Below are positions 46,831-56,993 of a DNA stretch of 64,000 bases, piece by piece. This DNA is from Methylotenera sp. (lineage in GTDB: Bacteria; Pseudomonadota; Gammaproteobacteria; Burkholderiales; Methylophilaceae). Made by a program: the position numbers and the translations under genes. The stretch spans positions 162 through 64,161 of the forward strand of contig JANMNC010000199.1 in assembly GCA_031373695.1 (NCBI GenBank), in the 5' to 3' direction. The notes beneath the pieces were generated by a model. It was not told the DNA's origin and made no database searches. It saw nothing but the letters and a program-made list of their open reading frames with translations. Every line of letters starts with the position of its first letter. Position 1 is the stretch's first letter.

Positions 46831-48821
46831 GGCGCCTCTACAGAGCCTGCAGGCTCTGGTATCACGGGTGAAACAGGCTGTTGATTTGGTAAAAACGCTG
46901 AGCCATCAGGGTTAATGCTAGCCGCAGGCTGCTCTACAGGTATAACTACAGGCGTTGCTGCTGGCTCAATTGGCTGCTGTAAATCAGGTGTTTCTTGATT
47001 ATTATTAAGCTGCAATTGACGCAAACGCATTTGCTCGCGCATTCTACTTTGTGGTGTTTCTGCACCGTTGCTAGCTGGCAAGTTAATTTGTGGTTTATCT
47101 GTAATTAAGCTTTCAGTGCCCGACCAATACTCGGCTATTTCAGCTTGCGGTGGACTAATATTTACGATAATTCTAGGGGTTATTGCTAATACAATTTCAG
47201 TTTTACTTTTTCTATCTTCTTGGTTTGAAAATAATCGGCCTAATAATGGAATATCTCCAAGCCCAGGTAGCTTGCTGGCATTTTTACGCTCATCGTCTAA
47301 AATAAGCCCTGCTAAAATTTGTGTTTCACCATTTTTTAAACGTAAAACCGTATTGGCATTACGCGTACCAATAGTAAAAACAGTTGCACCATTTCTGGTG
47401 ACTGTTTTTTCGCCTAAAGAGCTTACCTCTAAACCTATTTTGATATTCACAAAATCGTTTAATGCAATACGCGGCTCTACATCTAGCTTTAAGCCTACGT
47501 CTACATATTGCACGCTTTCAGAAATCCCCACATTGGCGGTAGAGGTAGTGGTAATAATAGGCACTTTATCACCCACCAATATTTTAGCTTTTTCGTTATT
47601 TTTAACTCTAATTCTAGGGTTAGACAGCAAATTAACATCACCCGTGGTTTTTTTAAAGTTAAGTGCAGGGTTGGGTGAAACGCCGATAGTGCCTGATTTT
47701 ATTGTTTTAAGTGCCTCTAAAGTAAGCGTTGCTGGGCTGAGCACTGCCAATTGACTAGGGTAAGTAATACCCAACTCTTGTAGTCGTGATCGGCTTACTT
47801 CTAGCACTTCAATTTCTAGCATCACCTCTGGATCTTCTAAATCATTGGCAGCCACTAGCTTTTCTGCGATTCTTATTACCTCTGGTGTGTCGCGCATCAC
47901 CAGCATATTAAGCCTATCATCTACAAAAATATCTTTAGTTTTAAGCATAGTTTTAAGTAGGGCGGCAACTTGTTTGGCGTTGGTATTGGTTAAGTAAAAA
48001 CTACGTATCATTAGCTCTTGATAATCTTTTAGCTTAATTTGTGTATTAGGAAAAACCAATGCAGTGTTTTCGGACAAGGCTTTTTTCTTTAAACCATTGC
48101 TTGAAAGCACCATTTCAATCGCATCTTCAATGCGGGCTTTTTTAATGAAAATGGTGGCTTTTGTATCGGGCTTAATATCTTTATCTAAAATAAAATTAAT
48201 GCCTGTTGCACGTGATAACGCTTCAAAAACCACTTTAATATTGGCATCGCGCAGCTCTAAAGTCACGGGTTTATCAAACGCGGGCTTAAGTTTTGGCGGT
48301 GCAGCCTTTATTGGAGATAGTTTATCTTCAATTTGCGATTGCAAATTAATTGCACTAGATTGCTGTGGGCTCTCAACCAATACTTCGTGCACTAACTCTT
48401 TAGCTGCTTCAGTTTGATTACTTGTTGTTAACTCATTGGCTTTTTCAAGTTTTTTAACTTGTGCTACTTCACGCTCAACCACTGTTTTACCATTAACAGC
48501 ACTTGCATCATCGGGTAGAAAACTCAATACTCTATCGTAAAAGCTATTGGCTGCCTGATAATCACCCTTTAATCTGGCTTGCTCGGCCTGCGTTGATAAT
48601 TGTGTTACGGCCAACTCTTTAGTTACCAACAAGTTTTTTCTTTGTATTGTAGCCTCCGGTTGCAAATCCAAATTTTTTTGGGCTGCTATTACTTTGGCTT
48701 CTGGCGTATCGCCTTTAACAGTTTGTTTTTCCCATGGGGCAAAAGCGCATGCTGATAATTGCGTTAATAAAACCATTAAAAAAGTATTTTTAAGTTGTTG
48801 TATTGTGTTTTTAGTTGTCAT
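46827..48821 (-). CDS. gspD: Secretin (GspD-type) lipoprotein with TPR-like/STN N-terminus
   Basis: Lipobox LSAC, STN-like FEALSRATGINF, secretin motifs LLSNPRI and PGLGDIPLLGRLF, Pro-rich tail. Confidence 0.9.
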   Translation of the reverse strand: MTTKNTIQQLKNTFLMVLLTQLSACAFAPWEKQTVKGDTPEAKVIAAQKNLDLQPEATIQRKNLLVTKELAVTQLSTQAEQARLKGDYQAANSFYDRVLSFLPDDASAVNGKTVVEREVAQVKKLEKANELTTSNQTEAAKELVHEVLVESPQQSSAINLQSQIEDKLSPIKAAPPKLKPAFDKPVTLELRDANIKVVFEALSRATGINFILDKDIKPDTKATIFIKKARIEDAIEMVLSSNGLKKKALSENTALVFPNTQIKLKDYQELMIRSFYLTNTNAKQVAALLKTMLKTKDIFVDDRLNMLVMRDTPEVIRIAEKLVAANDLEDPEVMLEIEVLEVSRSRLQELGITYPSQLAVLSPATLTLEALKTIKSGTIGVSPNPALNFKKTTGDVNLLSNPRIRVKNNEKAKILVGDKVPIITTTSTANVGISESVQYVDVGLKLDVEPRIALNDFVNIKIGLEVSSLGEKTVTRNGATVFTIGTRNANTVLRLKNGETQILAGLILDDERKNASKLPGLGDIPLLGRLFSNQEDRKSKTEIVLAITPRIIVNISPPQAEIAEYWSGTESLITDKPQINLPASNGAETPQSRMREQMRLRQLQLNNNQETPDLQQPIEPAATPVVIPVEQPAASINPDGSAFLPNQQPVSPVIPEPAGSVEAP

Positions 48822-48835
48822 GCATACATCCCTAA

Positions 48836-49492
48836 TTACAGATTCATTTCTTCTACTACTGGCTGGTTTGCTTCTAAAGTTACGGCGGCGGCGAGTTTAG
48901 ATAGTGTTTGCGGAAGATTAAGTGGCAAATAAGTTAGGCGTAAAGTCGTTGCATCTTCAGCATCTAAGCGCCATTGATGATCAATTTTCTCACCCTGAAT
49001 CACCGAAAATAATCTACCGTTAGCCATTAAAAACACCTGCGTGCCTTTGGGTGTATCTTCCAACTTACCCATGTAGGTAAAGGGTGCTGGTGGCGCCACA
49101 GGTGGTGGCACTGGCAGCGGTTTTATTTTTTTGATTATTGGCACTTCAAGCCATGAATGCACTTTAAATAAAGCGGCTGATTGATTATTTCCGCGCTCAC
49201 GCTTTAACTTTTGCCAAGGTATTAAGCGGCTATTAGCGCTTAAATCATCAGGCGTATTTAATGCTAAAACCTCACTCTGGCTAATCACACTATCTGGTTT
49301 TTCAGTTGATTTTTGTTGTTGCGTGCCCTGCGTAGTAGCTGCTTGGTCAGTCAGCTCAATCGTCTCAACTTCAGTTGCATTGTCGCTATTAATTGCAGTC
49401 CATACGGTTAGAGCAATTGCTATTAAAAGTAGCAGCATTAACCATTTGCTAGAAGCTTTTTCAGTGGTTTTAGTCGCTAAATTATTCACCAC
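48836..49492 (-). CDS. T2SS accessory protein (PilP/GspC-like)
   Basis: Single TM, Pro-rich linker and PFTYMGKL...GEKID domain; upstream of the secretin. Confidence 0.65.
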   Translation of the reverse strand: MVNNLATKTTEKASSKWLMLLLLIAIALTVWTAINSDNATEVETIELTDQAATTQGTQQQKSTEKPDSVISQSEVLALNTPDDLSANSRLIPWQKLKRERGNNQSAALFKVHSWLEVPIIKKIKPLPVPPPVAPPAPFTYMGKLEDTPKGTQVFLMANGRLFSVIQGEKIDHQWRLDAEDATTLRLTYLPLNLPQTLSKLAAAVTLEANQPVVEEMNL

Positions 49493-50109
49493 GAATCTCC
49501 TTGCAATAGCAGCACAAATACCAATCTTGCTTCTACTGTAGGGCTAAGTGAGTTTTCACGCTTAATCTGCAAATCACTTAAAGCCAATGCGGGCATGAGA
49601 AACATTATCTCTGCAATAAACTGACGTATTTGTGTGTATTGCCCGACAACTGGCAGCACAATTTCATAGCGTGCTAATTGGCCTTGTTTAGTTTTAGTTA
49701 TGTTTTTTTGAGTTAGCTTATAATCACCACGGTTTAATACAAGCCGTTGTTTTAATGCAGTTTCTGCAATTAAATTTAACCATTGTGGCAAGCTAGCACC
49801 TTCTGGAAACAGGGCATAAAATTTAGCTATATCGTCTATTGTGGTTTGCTGTTGCGGCAGTTTTATTTGAACTTGATTACTGTTAATGGGCGCAACTTTA
49901 CTACTATCAAGTTGATGTTGAGCCAGATTAACTTGTTGTAGACTTATTTTTTGCTGCAACGGAATAAATTGACCCATATAAAACAGGCAACAACTGATTA
50001 AAATAGTAAAACCAAGCAAGCCAAAAATGCCTAACTTTTTTGCATAGTTGGTGATTACCCAAACCCCATAATGTAGATTAAGCTTGGTCACTGTATTGTT
50101 AACTCCCAT
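49486..50109 (-). CDS. T2SS inner membrane platform protein (GspM/PilO-like)
   Basis: Single TM, YEIVLPVVGQYTQIRQFI ferredoxin-like domain; operon position. Confidence 0.72.
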   Translation of the reverse strand: MGVNNTVTKLNLHYGVWVITNYAKKLGIFGLLGFTILISCCLFYMGQFIPLQQKISLQQVNLAQHQLDSSKVAPINSNQVQIKLPQQQTTIDDIAKFYALFPEGASLPQWLNLIAETALKQRLVLNRGDYKLTQKNITKTKQGQLARYEIVLPVVGQYTQIRQFIAEIMFLMPALALSDLQIKRENSLSPTVEARLVFVLLLQGDSW

Positions 50110-50636
50110 TTTGCAAATACGGTAAAGCTAACTGGCTTAGCTGTATTTACCTCATCAATACTATGTTTTTGCAAGTAAACTTGTGCAAGCATTGGTTGGT
50201 GTTCTAGTTGCTTAATATATTGCAGCACTGCTACTAAATTTTTAGCCTCCCCTATCAACAATACTTGCTGCTTTTTGTAATTTGGCTCTAAGTTTAACAG
50301 TGCAATATTTCGCATATCAGATTGCTCAATGGCTAGTAACAGCTCATTCCATGGGGCAGTCAGCGCGTTTACAGACTCTTGCACTTGTTTAATCTCATCA
50401 GAAGAAATTGTTAGTGCCACTGATTTTACGGGTAACTTAACGGGCGCAGCCTGCTGACTATATTGGCTTAACATTAAGGCGTTATCTGCGAAAGTGTTTT
50501 GCTGGGTTTGATAAGCCTGCCATGTGAATGCAGCCAGCACTAAACTTAACAACAGCACCAATACACCTAGCCAGCTGATGTTTGTTCGTGCAAAAAAAGG
50601 TTGTGGAATAAAATCTAAATCTAGTTTTTGATTCAT
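50088..50636 (-). CDS. PilN/GspL-periplasmic-like protein
   Basis: LDLDF start, single TM and PWNELLLAIE...IALLNLEP PilN-like domain. Confidence 0.72.
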   Translation of the reverse strand: MNQKLDLDFIPQPFFARTNISWLGVLVLLLSLVLAAFTWQAYQTQQNTFADNALMLSQYSQQAAPVKLPVKSVALTISSDEIKQVQESVNALTAPWNELLLAIEQSDMRNIALLNLEPNYKKQQVLLIGEAKNLVAVLQYIKQLEHQPMLAQVYLQKHSIDEVNTAKPVSFTVFAKWELTIQ

Positions 50637-51511
50637 GCCATAGCCCCTAAAACTAAGGCTGCACTTATTGAAGCGTTACTATTGTTTTGCTCAATATAGT
50701 TAATATTCCAGCCTTTAATGCCTAGTAGTGCTGTATTTTTATAATTGGGCGCATAAATAAAGGCATCACGATGAGTTGCATTGCCTAGTGTGTTTTCGCG
50801 CAATAACAGCTGATTTAACTCAGCCTGCCAATCTTTGCGTATCAATTGCGTACGTAATTGTTGGTATTGTCCTTTTTGCAGATTTAGTAGTGTAATACGT
50901 CCAATTTCTACAATGGCTAAATAGGCTGTTAGCTTTAATAACGGCTTAGCCAAACCATTTAATACATGCATTAAATGTGGGCTTACGCTAACAAGTTTTA
51001 ATTGATGTGTGGCTGCTATTTGTTTTAAATTTTCTATTAATTTATTGTCTATAGCCGCCACCATACTGGGCTGGTGCGGTGCCGCAGCATCACATTTTAT
51101 TTGCCAATTAGCCGCGGCTAATCCATATAATTCATGCAAGGCTGCACTTGCATAAGCATCTTTTTCTGCGCTACTCATCATTATTGCCTGCGCGGGCAAC
51201 AGTAAATAGCGCACAAAGTCGCTACTTAACACAACCTGTAATTGGGTATTGGGTTTAGGTTTTATTAAAGCTAAACGAATATCTAGTTGATTAATAACGT
51301 GTTGCCAAACAGGCGCATCTATTATTTGTTGCTGTGTGATTAAGTCTTTTTTGCTGTGTAAGCCACTGCCTAACCCATTTGAATGGTTAATAACAGTTAT
51401 GCTTTCTGTGTTTAACAAAACCAATAATCGGTTTGGCATAAACAAGTTAGCTGGTAATAAATTAAGCAACGAAGGTAACACGATTAATTTCTTGTAAAGT
51501 GGTAACGCCAT
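50633..51511 (-). CDS. PilM/GspL-cytoplasmic-like protein
   Basis: VVLSSDFVRY actin-like segment; lies between gspE and the pilN-like gene; start uncertain. Confidence 0.65.
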   Translation of the reverse strand: MALPLYKKLIVLPSLLNLLPANLFMPNRLLVLLNTESITVINHSNGLGSGLHSKKDLITQQQIIDAPVWQHVINQLDIRLALIKPKPNTQLQVVLSSDFVRYLLLPAQAIMMSSAEKDAYASAALHELYGLAAANWQIKCDAAAPHQPSMVAAIDNKLIENLKQIAATHQLKLVSVSPHLMHVLNGLAKPLLKLTAYLAIVEIGRITLLNLQKGQYQQLRTQLIRKDWQAELNQLLLRENTLGNATHRDAFIYAPNYKNTALLGIKGWNINYIEQNNSNASISAALVLGAMA

Positions 51512-53240
51512 TACCTACAGCCTCTAATGCGGCCTCACGAATGGTGCGCATGCCGCTACGTTTTGCAGCTTCTTTTAGTTTGCGAATAGGCTCGCGCGCT
51601 ACAATCATTTCACGCAACTCATCATTTAAGATAAGCAGCTCTGCCACCGCTTTACGGCCACGATAACCTGTGCCACGACAATGACCGCAGCCTTTAGCAA
51701 ACTTAAATTGCATAGTGGCAGCCATGCTTGGGGTAATGCCAGAATCTTCTAGTAATTGCGCATCGGGTTGAACGTCTTCAGCGCAGTGAGGGCAAATGGC
51801 GCGAATTAAGCGCTGAGCCATAATGCCGTTCATAGCGGCTACAAAATTATAGGGATCTACCCCCATGTGCATAAAACGCCCAATCACATCTAGTACGCTA
51901 TTGGCATGCACAGTAGTAAACACCAAATGCCCTGTTAATGCTGCTTGTACAGCAATTTGTGCTGTTTCAGCATCCCTTATTTCACCCACCATAATTTTAT
52001 CTGGGTCGTGACGTAAAATTGAGCGCAAACCGCGTGCAAAAGTAAGGCCTTTTTTTTCGTTCACTGGGATTTGCAATACCCCAGGCAGTTGATACTCAAC
52101 CGGGTCTTCGATCGTGATAATTTTGTCGTGCCCAGTGTTAACTTCAGAAATAGCAGCATACAAAGATGTTGTTTTACCGCTGCCTGTGGGGCCAGTGACT
52201 AAAACCATGCCATAAGGCTCACTGGCTAATTTACGAAATTGACTAATAATTTTGGCATCAAAACCTAATGCTTGCAGGCTTAATCCTTGCGCCTCATCAG
52301 ACAGTGCTTTTCTGTCTAACACCCGCAGCACAGCATCTTCACCAAATACGCTGGGCATAATCGATACGCGAAAATCCACCTCGCGCCCTTGCACTATCAC
52401 CTTAAAACGTCCATCTTGTGGAATGCGTCTCTCAGCAATATCAAGTTGAGCCATTACTTTAATGCGCGATATTGCTTGGTCGGCGTTGTCGCCTCCTTGT
52501 AAGCCACCGACGTTAGCCATCACACCATCAATGCGATATTTAATCGCTAAACCTGTACCAGCACACTCAAGGTGAATATCACTTGCCCCTGTTTTTAAGG
52601 CATCGTAAAGTGTGGAATTAATTAGTTTAATAATAGGGTTAGTATCTTCGTTAATAGACTTTAACGATAAATGCGCTACTGCTTCATCGGTTTCTGTGTT
52701 GCTGCTGTGCGCAGCGCCCTGCAAGCCATCCATCGCACGCATGGTTTCTTCATGGCGCGCTAAATATGCGGCAATATCTGTGCTATGTGCCAGTTGCCAA
52801 GTAAATGGCTGCTTAATATATTCATTTGCCCAATCTTGTAGTGATTCGTTAAAAGGATCTGCAAATACTAAAATGAGTGAGGCTTTGCTTATTTGCGCAT
52901 TACTTAATGCAGATTCAACAGATTGCTCATCACAATTTTCACTGGTATAAAAAGCTAAGCACTCTTTTTGCTGCGCAATAGAGAATGGAATAATGTCAAA
53001 TGCGGCAGTTAATGCATTTAAATGCTTCATGCTGGCCGCAGAAAAATGCAATGCTGTGCTTAGCGCATCTATGAAATCTTCTTGATTAAATGTAGAAATT
53101 TCTTCTAACACAGCGATAGTTTTACGCTGTTGTTGTAATGCTTGTGTTTTTGCCTGTTTGATTAACGCAGCACTTAGCGAATTTAGTTGTGGTTGACTGG
53201 CTATCAATTGAGTAACAGGTAGTTGAAGATGCGCATTCAT
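51462..53240 (-). CDS. gspE: Type II secretion ATPase GspE/PulE
   Basis: ASDIHLE, PQDGRF, Walker A GPTGSGKTT, TIEDPVE, LRHDPD, His box and CxxC pairs. Confidence 0.95.
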   Translation of the reverse strand: MNAHLQLPVTQLIASQPQLNSLSAALIKQAKTQALQQQRKTIAVLEEISTFNQEDFIDALSTALHFSAASMKHLNALTAAFDIIPFSIAQQKECLAFYTSENCDEQSVESALSNAQISKASLILVFADPFNESLQDWANEYIKQPFTWQLAHSTDIAAYLARHEETMRAMDGLQGAAHSSNTETDEAVAHLSLKSINEDTNPIIKLINSTLYDALKTGASDIHLECAGTGLAIKYRIDGVMANVGGLQGGDNADQAISRIKVMAQLDIAERRIPQDGRFKVIVQGREVDFRVSIMPSVFGEDAVLRVLDRKALSDEAQGLSLQALGFDAKIISQFRKLASEPYGMVLVTGPTGSGKTTSLYAAISEVNTGHDKIITIEDPVEYQLPGVLQIPVNEKKGLTFARGLRSILRHDPDKIMVGEIRDAETAQIAVQAALTGHLVFTTVHANSVLDVIGRFMHMGVDPYNFVAAMNGIMAQRLIRAICPHCAEDVQPDAQLLEDSGITPSMAATMQFKFAKGCGHCRGTGYRGRKAVAELLILNDELREMIVAREPIRKLKEAAKRSGMRTIREAALEAVGNGVTTLQEINRVTFVA

Positions 53241-54430
53241 TATTGAATGTTCCCCGCTAACTCAAAAATTGGCATATAGAGCAATAGCACAACCACACCA
53301 ATTACAAGCCCAATAAATAGCATAAGAATAGGCTCAAAAAGTCGGGTAAACCAATCTATCCAGCGCGATAATTCCTCGTCATAAAATGCAGCAATACGCT
53401 CCATCATATCGCCAATTTTTCCGCTACGCTCGCCCACACGCAGCATGCGAATCGCTATTGGCGTGCTTAGCCCAGCTTGCTCCATTGCCACAGAAATAGT
53501 CTGGCCCTCATTAATTGCTGTAGTGGCTAGCTGCATATTGCCCTGCAGGCCCACGTCTAATAAACCAGATACCGATTGCATAGAGGCCAAGATAGGTGTG
53601 CCACCTTTTAACAACATACCTAATGTGCGGTAAAAACGTGCTAATTGATATGTGCGCAGACGCTTACCCAAAGCAGGTATGCGCCAAAAAAGCTGGCTTA
53701 TCCACTTTCTAACCACTGGCCTTGTAAATGCATAAGCCATCGCTATAACACCTAAGCCTAATGCCAATAAAAGCGCTTTACCATGGCTTTCTAAAAAAAC
53801 GCCCCATGCCAACAAAACTTGTGACAAAAATGGTAAGTTTCCACCTGTGTCTTCGTAAATACGGCTGAATTTAGGCACCACAAAACCCAGTAAAAACATA
53901 ATCACTAAGCCGCCTACCCCAAGCAACAAAATTGGATAGATTGAGGCACTGACTATTTTCTTTTTTACTAAGCCCAATTGCTGCTCGTAGCTTACATAAC
54001 GGGTTAATGCTTCTGCTAAATCACCTGTTTTTTCACTAGCACGCACTGTGGCTACATATAAAATTGGAAACGTGTTTGATTGCTGTGCTTGCAGCTCTAA
54101 TGCCGCTGAAAAAGTTTGGCCTTGATAAAGTGATTGCAGTAGCGTATCTAGAACCTGCTTAATGTCTAAGCGCTGTTCTTTTTCGGCTAGCGTTTCAATA
54201 GCTTCTACCAAGTTAAGGCCAGCATCTAGCAAGGCCAGTAGCTCTTGACTAAACAGAGCTAGCGGAAACACTTGTTTTTTGCCTTTAAAAAAAGCTTGAG
54301 ACAAAGCCTTTGCAGCAATTGGCGTGTAGCCTTTTGCTTTTACCAGCGCCATTGCGTCTTCTGCATGCATAGCCGATATGCTGAGAAGCACCATATCTCG
54401 CCCACGCACTGCTTTTACTTGAAACTGCAC
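53240..54430 (-). CDS. gspF: Type II secretion platform protein GspF
   Basis: LLDAGL, YPILL, VVPKF, GERSG and EPILM motifs; 3 TM segments. Confidence 0.93.
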   Translation of the reverse strand: MQFQVKAVRGRDMVLLSISAMHAEDAMALVKAKGYTPIAAKALSQAFFKGKKQVFPLALFSQELLALLDAGLNLVEAIETLAEKEQRLDIKQVLDTLLQSLYQGQTFSAALELQAQQSNTFPILYVATVRASEKTGDLAEALTRYVSYEQQLGLVKKKIVSASIYPILLLGVGGLVIMFLLGFVVPKFSRIYEDTGGNLPFLSQVLLAWGVFLESHGKALLLALGLGVIAMAYAFTRPVVRKWISQLFWRIPALGKRLRTYQLARFYRTLGMLLKGGTPILASMQSVSGLLDVGLQGNMQLATTAINEGQTISVAMEQAGLSTPIAIRMLRVGERSGKIGDMMERIAAFYDEELSRWIDWFTRLFEPILMLFIGLVIGVVVLLLYMPIFELAGNIQ

Positions 54431-54440
54431 GGTTGGCTAA

Positions 54441-54878
54441 CTACCAGCTCACTACATCTTCAGATTCTTTATCGCCACCCAGCTGCGCATCTTTGCCGAA
54501 GGTATAAAGATCGAAATCACCATGCTCACCTGGCGATTTGTAAAGATAGGGTTTATCCCAGGGGTCGTTTGGAATATTTTTTTTAAGATAAGGCCCAGAC
54601 CATTTAGATTCATTACCAGGGTTTTTATAAAGCGCTGCCAAGCCTTGCTCAGAGTTTGGATAGCTACCTGTATCAATACGATATTGGTCTAAGGCTTTAC
54701 CAAGCGCATCTATTTGAGCTTTTGCTGTTTTGGTTTCAGATTTACCAATTTGCTCAAAATACTTAGGCCCAACGTAGCCTGCTAATAAGCCTATAATCAC
54801 CATAACCACCAACAGCTCTAGCAATGTAAAGCCTTGATTATTTGTGTTAAATTGAATTTTTTTATTTATATTCAACAT
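54441..54878 (-). CDS. gspG: Type II secretion major pseudopilin GspG
   Basis: QG|FTLLELLVVMVIIG, ALDQYRID, W-x-GPYL and DPW motifs; ATG at 54878 preferred. Confidence 0.95.
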   Translation of the reverse strand: MLNINKKIQFNTNNQGFTLLELLVVMVIIGLLAGYVGPKYFEQIGKSETKTAKAQIDALGKALDQYRIDTGSYPNSEQGLAALYKNPGNESKWSGPYLKKNIPNDPWDKPYLYKSPGEHGDFDLYTFGKDAQLGGDKESEDVVSW

Positions 54879-54907
54879 AAGTTTAACTGCACCAAAATTA
54901 AATTTAG

Positions 54908-54958
54908 ATGACAATTTTAGTCAAACTTGTTTGCAATAAAATTGCAGATTTGTGACAC
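54908..54958 (-). promoter_or_regulatory. Pho-box-like array upstream of the T2SS operon
   Basis: Minus strand reads GTGTCAC-aaat-CTGCAAT-ttta-TTGCAAA-caag-TTTGACT-aaaa-TTGTCAT with an exact 11-bp period. Confidence 0.6.
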
Positions 54959-55040
54959 TTTTGTCACAAAGCAAGCCAGTTTAAAATTTTATAAATTATT
55001 TTTACATAGCCTAAACTGTCGGCTAAAAATTAAGCGCGAG

Positions 55041-56195
55041 TTAAATTCTTGCTTGCGCATAATTCATTGGATAAATAACTTTTTCGCGAGCGTCAGACCA
55101 AATCAACTCGCAATTATCATCATCTACGTGCACCATTCTGCCGTGTTTATCGACACAATATTCGCCACATACAATCATTTCTTCAAAGCTATAGTCTTGT
55201 CCAACACGCGTGTACTCAAATAAAACACTGCGCACCACACGGCCACCACGCTGTACATGGCAGCCATCGCTAATCCAAGTAGGGCCGATTATTTCGGTAC
55301 CTTTATCAATGCGCGCACCAGATCCAACATAAACGGGACCAGTTATTTTGGTGTTTTCCCAATCTATATGTACATTTAAGCCTACCCAAACACCAGGTTT
55401 TATCTGCTTGCCAGGCATGTGCATTGCAGGCACTTCGCCTTGCATAACCTGCTGCATCACCTCCCAATAGTCTGAAACTAGGCCAATATCAATCCAATTA
55501 AATGCTTGATTGATGGCATAAAAAGCTAAGTTTTTTTCAACTAATAATGGAAATAAGTCTGAGCCAATATCAAATGTACTACCAGTTGGTATTAAATTTA
55601 ATGCCTCAGGCTCAAAAATATAAATGCCTGTGCTGGCAAGGTTTGAGCGTGCATCTGCTTGGCTTGGTTTTTCTTGAAATGAAATTATTTTGCCGTCATC
55701 GTCTGTTAGCACAATACCGTAGCCAGATACTTTATCCATAGCCACCTGCTTGGCCACCAAGCTCACAAGTGCGCCTTTTTGTCTGTGCTCGGCTACTGCA
55801 GCAGTAATATCTAAATCTATAATGGCATCGCCACAAATAACAATGGTTGTTTCATTAAAAAATCCGCCAAAATCTTGAATTTTGCGCATACCACCAGCAG
55901 ACCCTACTGGGCTGGGAACAATCTGACCGTTGCTAATATCACCTTCGAACGAGTAGCCAATTTGTATGCCAAAACGATGTCCATCACCAAAATATTGTTG
56001 AATTTTATCGTGTAAATAACTCACATTAACCATCACCTCGTTAATGTTATGTTTGGCTAAGTGCTCGATTAAATAAGCCATCACTGGTTTACCCAAAATA
56101 GGGATCATAGGTTTTGGTAGCTCATAAGTAAGCGGCCTAACGCGGGTGCCCTTACCTGCAGCTAAAATCATCGCTTTCATTGCTACTGCCTTCAT
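55041..56195 (-). CDS. NDP-sugar synthase (mannose-1-phosphate guanylyltransferase-like nucleotidyltransferase)
   Basis: ILAAGKGTRVRPLT...PKPM, FQEKP and WIDIG motifs, C-terminal left-handed beta-helix. Confidence 0.9.
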   Translation of the reverse strand: MKAVAMKAMILAAGKGTRVRPLTYELPKPMIPILGKPVMAYLIEHLAKHNINEVMVNVSYLHDKIQQYFGDGHRFGIQIGYSFEGDISNGQIVPSPVGSAGGMRKIQDFGGFFNETTIVICGDAIIDLDITAAVAEHRQKGALVSLVAKQVAMDKVSGYGIVLTDDDGKIISFQEKPSQADARSNLASTGIYIFEPEALNLIPTGSTFDIGSDLFPLLVEKNLAFYAINQAFNWIDIGLVSDYWEVMQQVMQGEVPAMHMPGKQIKPGVWVGLNVHIDWENTKITGPVYVGSGARIDKGTEIIGPTWISDGCHVQRGGRVVRSVLFEYTRVGQDYSFEEMIVCGEYCVDKHGRMVHVDDDNCELIWSDAREKVIYPMNYAQARI

Positions 56196-56261
56196 TATTA
56201 ACAGGCTAATACTATAAATTTTAATTATTAAGTATTGATGACTAATTCAGCTTATTGCAAT

Positions 56262-56287
56262 AAAAAAGCGGCTTTAAAGCCGCTTTT
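56262..56287 (-). terminator. Intrinsic (bidirectional-type) terminator
   Basis: AAAAAAGCGGC-tttaaa-GCCGCTTTT after the PEP-CTERM gene. Confidence 0.85.
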
Positions 56288-56302
56288 AACTACCTGCATA
56301 AA

Positions 56303-56866
56303 TTAATTTTTACGGCGTCTTGTAAAACCAAGCAGCATCAAGCCTGCTAGCAACATGCCAGCAATTTCTGGCTCGGGTACTGGTGATACTGAATTACCAA
56401 CACTGACGTTACTTAATGAAAATACCAAGTCATCGTAATCTCTATCACCGCCGTTAAATATATCTTCGAAACCAATATTTAAAGATTGGCCAGACGTAAC
56501 GTCATAAGCGGCGTGCATAAAATGATCGGGGTTTAAATTGGCAGTGCCAGTGTAATAGGCGAATCCAGTGGTATTAACAAACATAGTAAAGGCTAACTCT
56601 GTACCTGCTTGAAAACTGCCCAAAGAAAATTGGCTACCAGCAATAGCTGTTTGGTTATTAAGTATTTTTTCTGCATCGCCTTGCAAAAATAAATCATTTG
56701 AATAGGCAGCAGTTTTAGATAGAAAAGTTAAGATAACTTCACCAGCAGTAGCTACATAAAGCTTATCGGCTGATGGCGTAAATTGGTAAGGCCTTGGTTG
56801 AGCGGCCATTGCAGAACTTGAAATTGCCATTAATGCGGATAATACAAAAAACTTAAATGTCTTCAC
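56303..56866 (-). CDS. PEP-CTERM protein with DUF4114-like domain
   Basis: GTG start with RBS AAGGAG, signal peptide, IGFEDIFNGGDRDYDDLVF motif and VPEPE + TM + RRRKN. Confidence 0.92.
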   Translation of the reverse strand: MKTFKFFVLSALMAISSSAMAAQPRPYQFTPSADKLYVATAGEVILTFLSKTAAYSNDLFLQGDAEKILNNQTAIAGSQFSLGSFQAGTELAFTMFVNTTGFAYYTGTANLNPDHFMHAAYDVTSGQSLNIGFEDIFNGGDRDYDDLVFSLSNVSVGNSVSPVPEPEIAGMLLAGLMLLGFTRRRKN

Positions 56867-56993
56867 TTTTATCTCCTTATAGAATTACTTTTTATATCTA
56901 TATAAAAAGTTGTACCAAAAAATATTACTAAAATTTATATCAAGCATTTTGTTCTTGCATCATGACAACATGATTTATTTTTTATTAAAAAAA

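Noticed and set aside
56901-56920. Possible sigma54 promoter (TTGGTACAACTTTTTAT, minus strand) upstream of a PEP-CTERM gene
   Set aside because: It lacks the -12 GC, there is no equivalent at the other PEP-CTERM genes, and no PrsK/PrsR genes are in the window.
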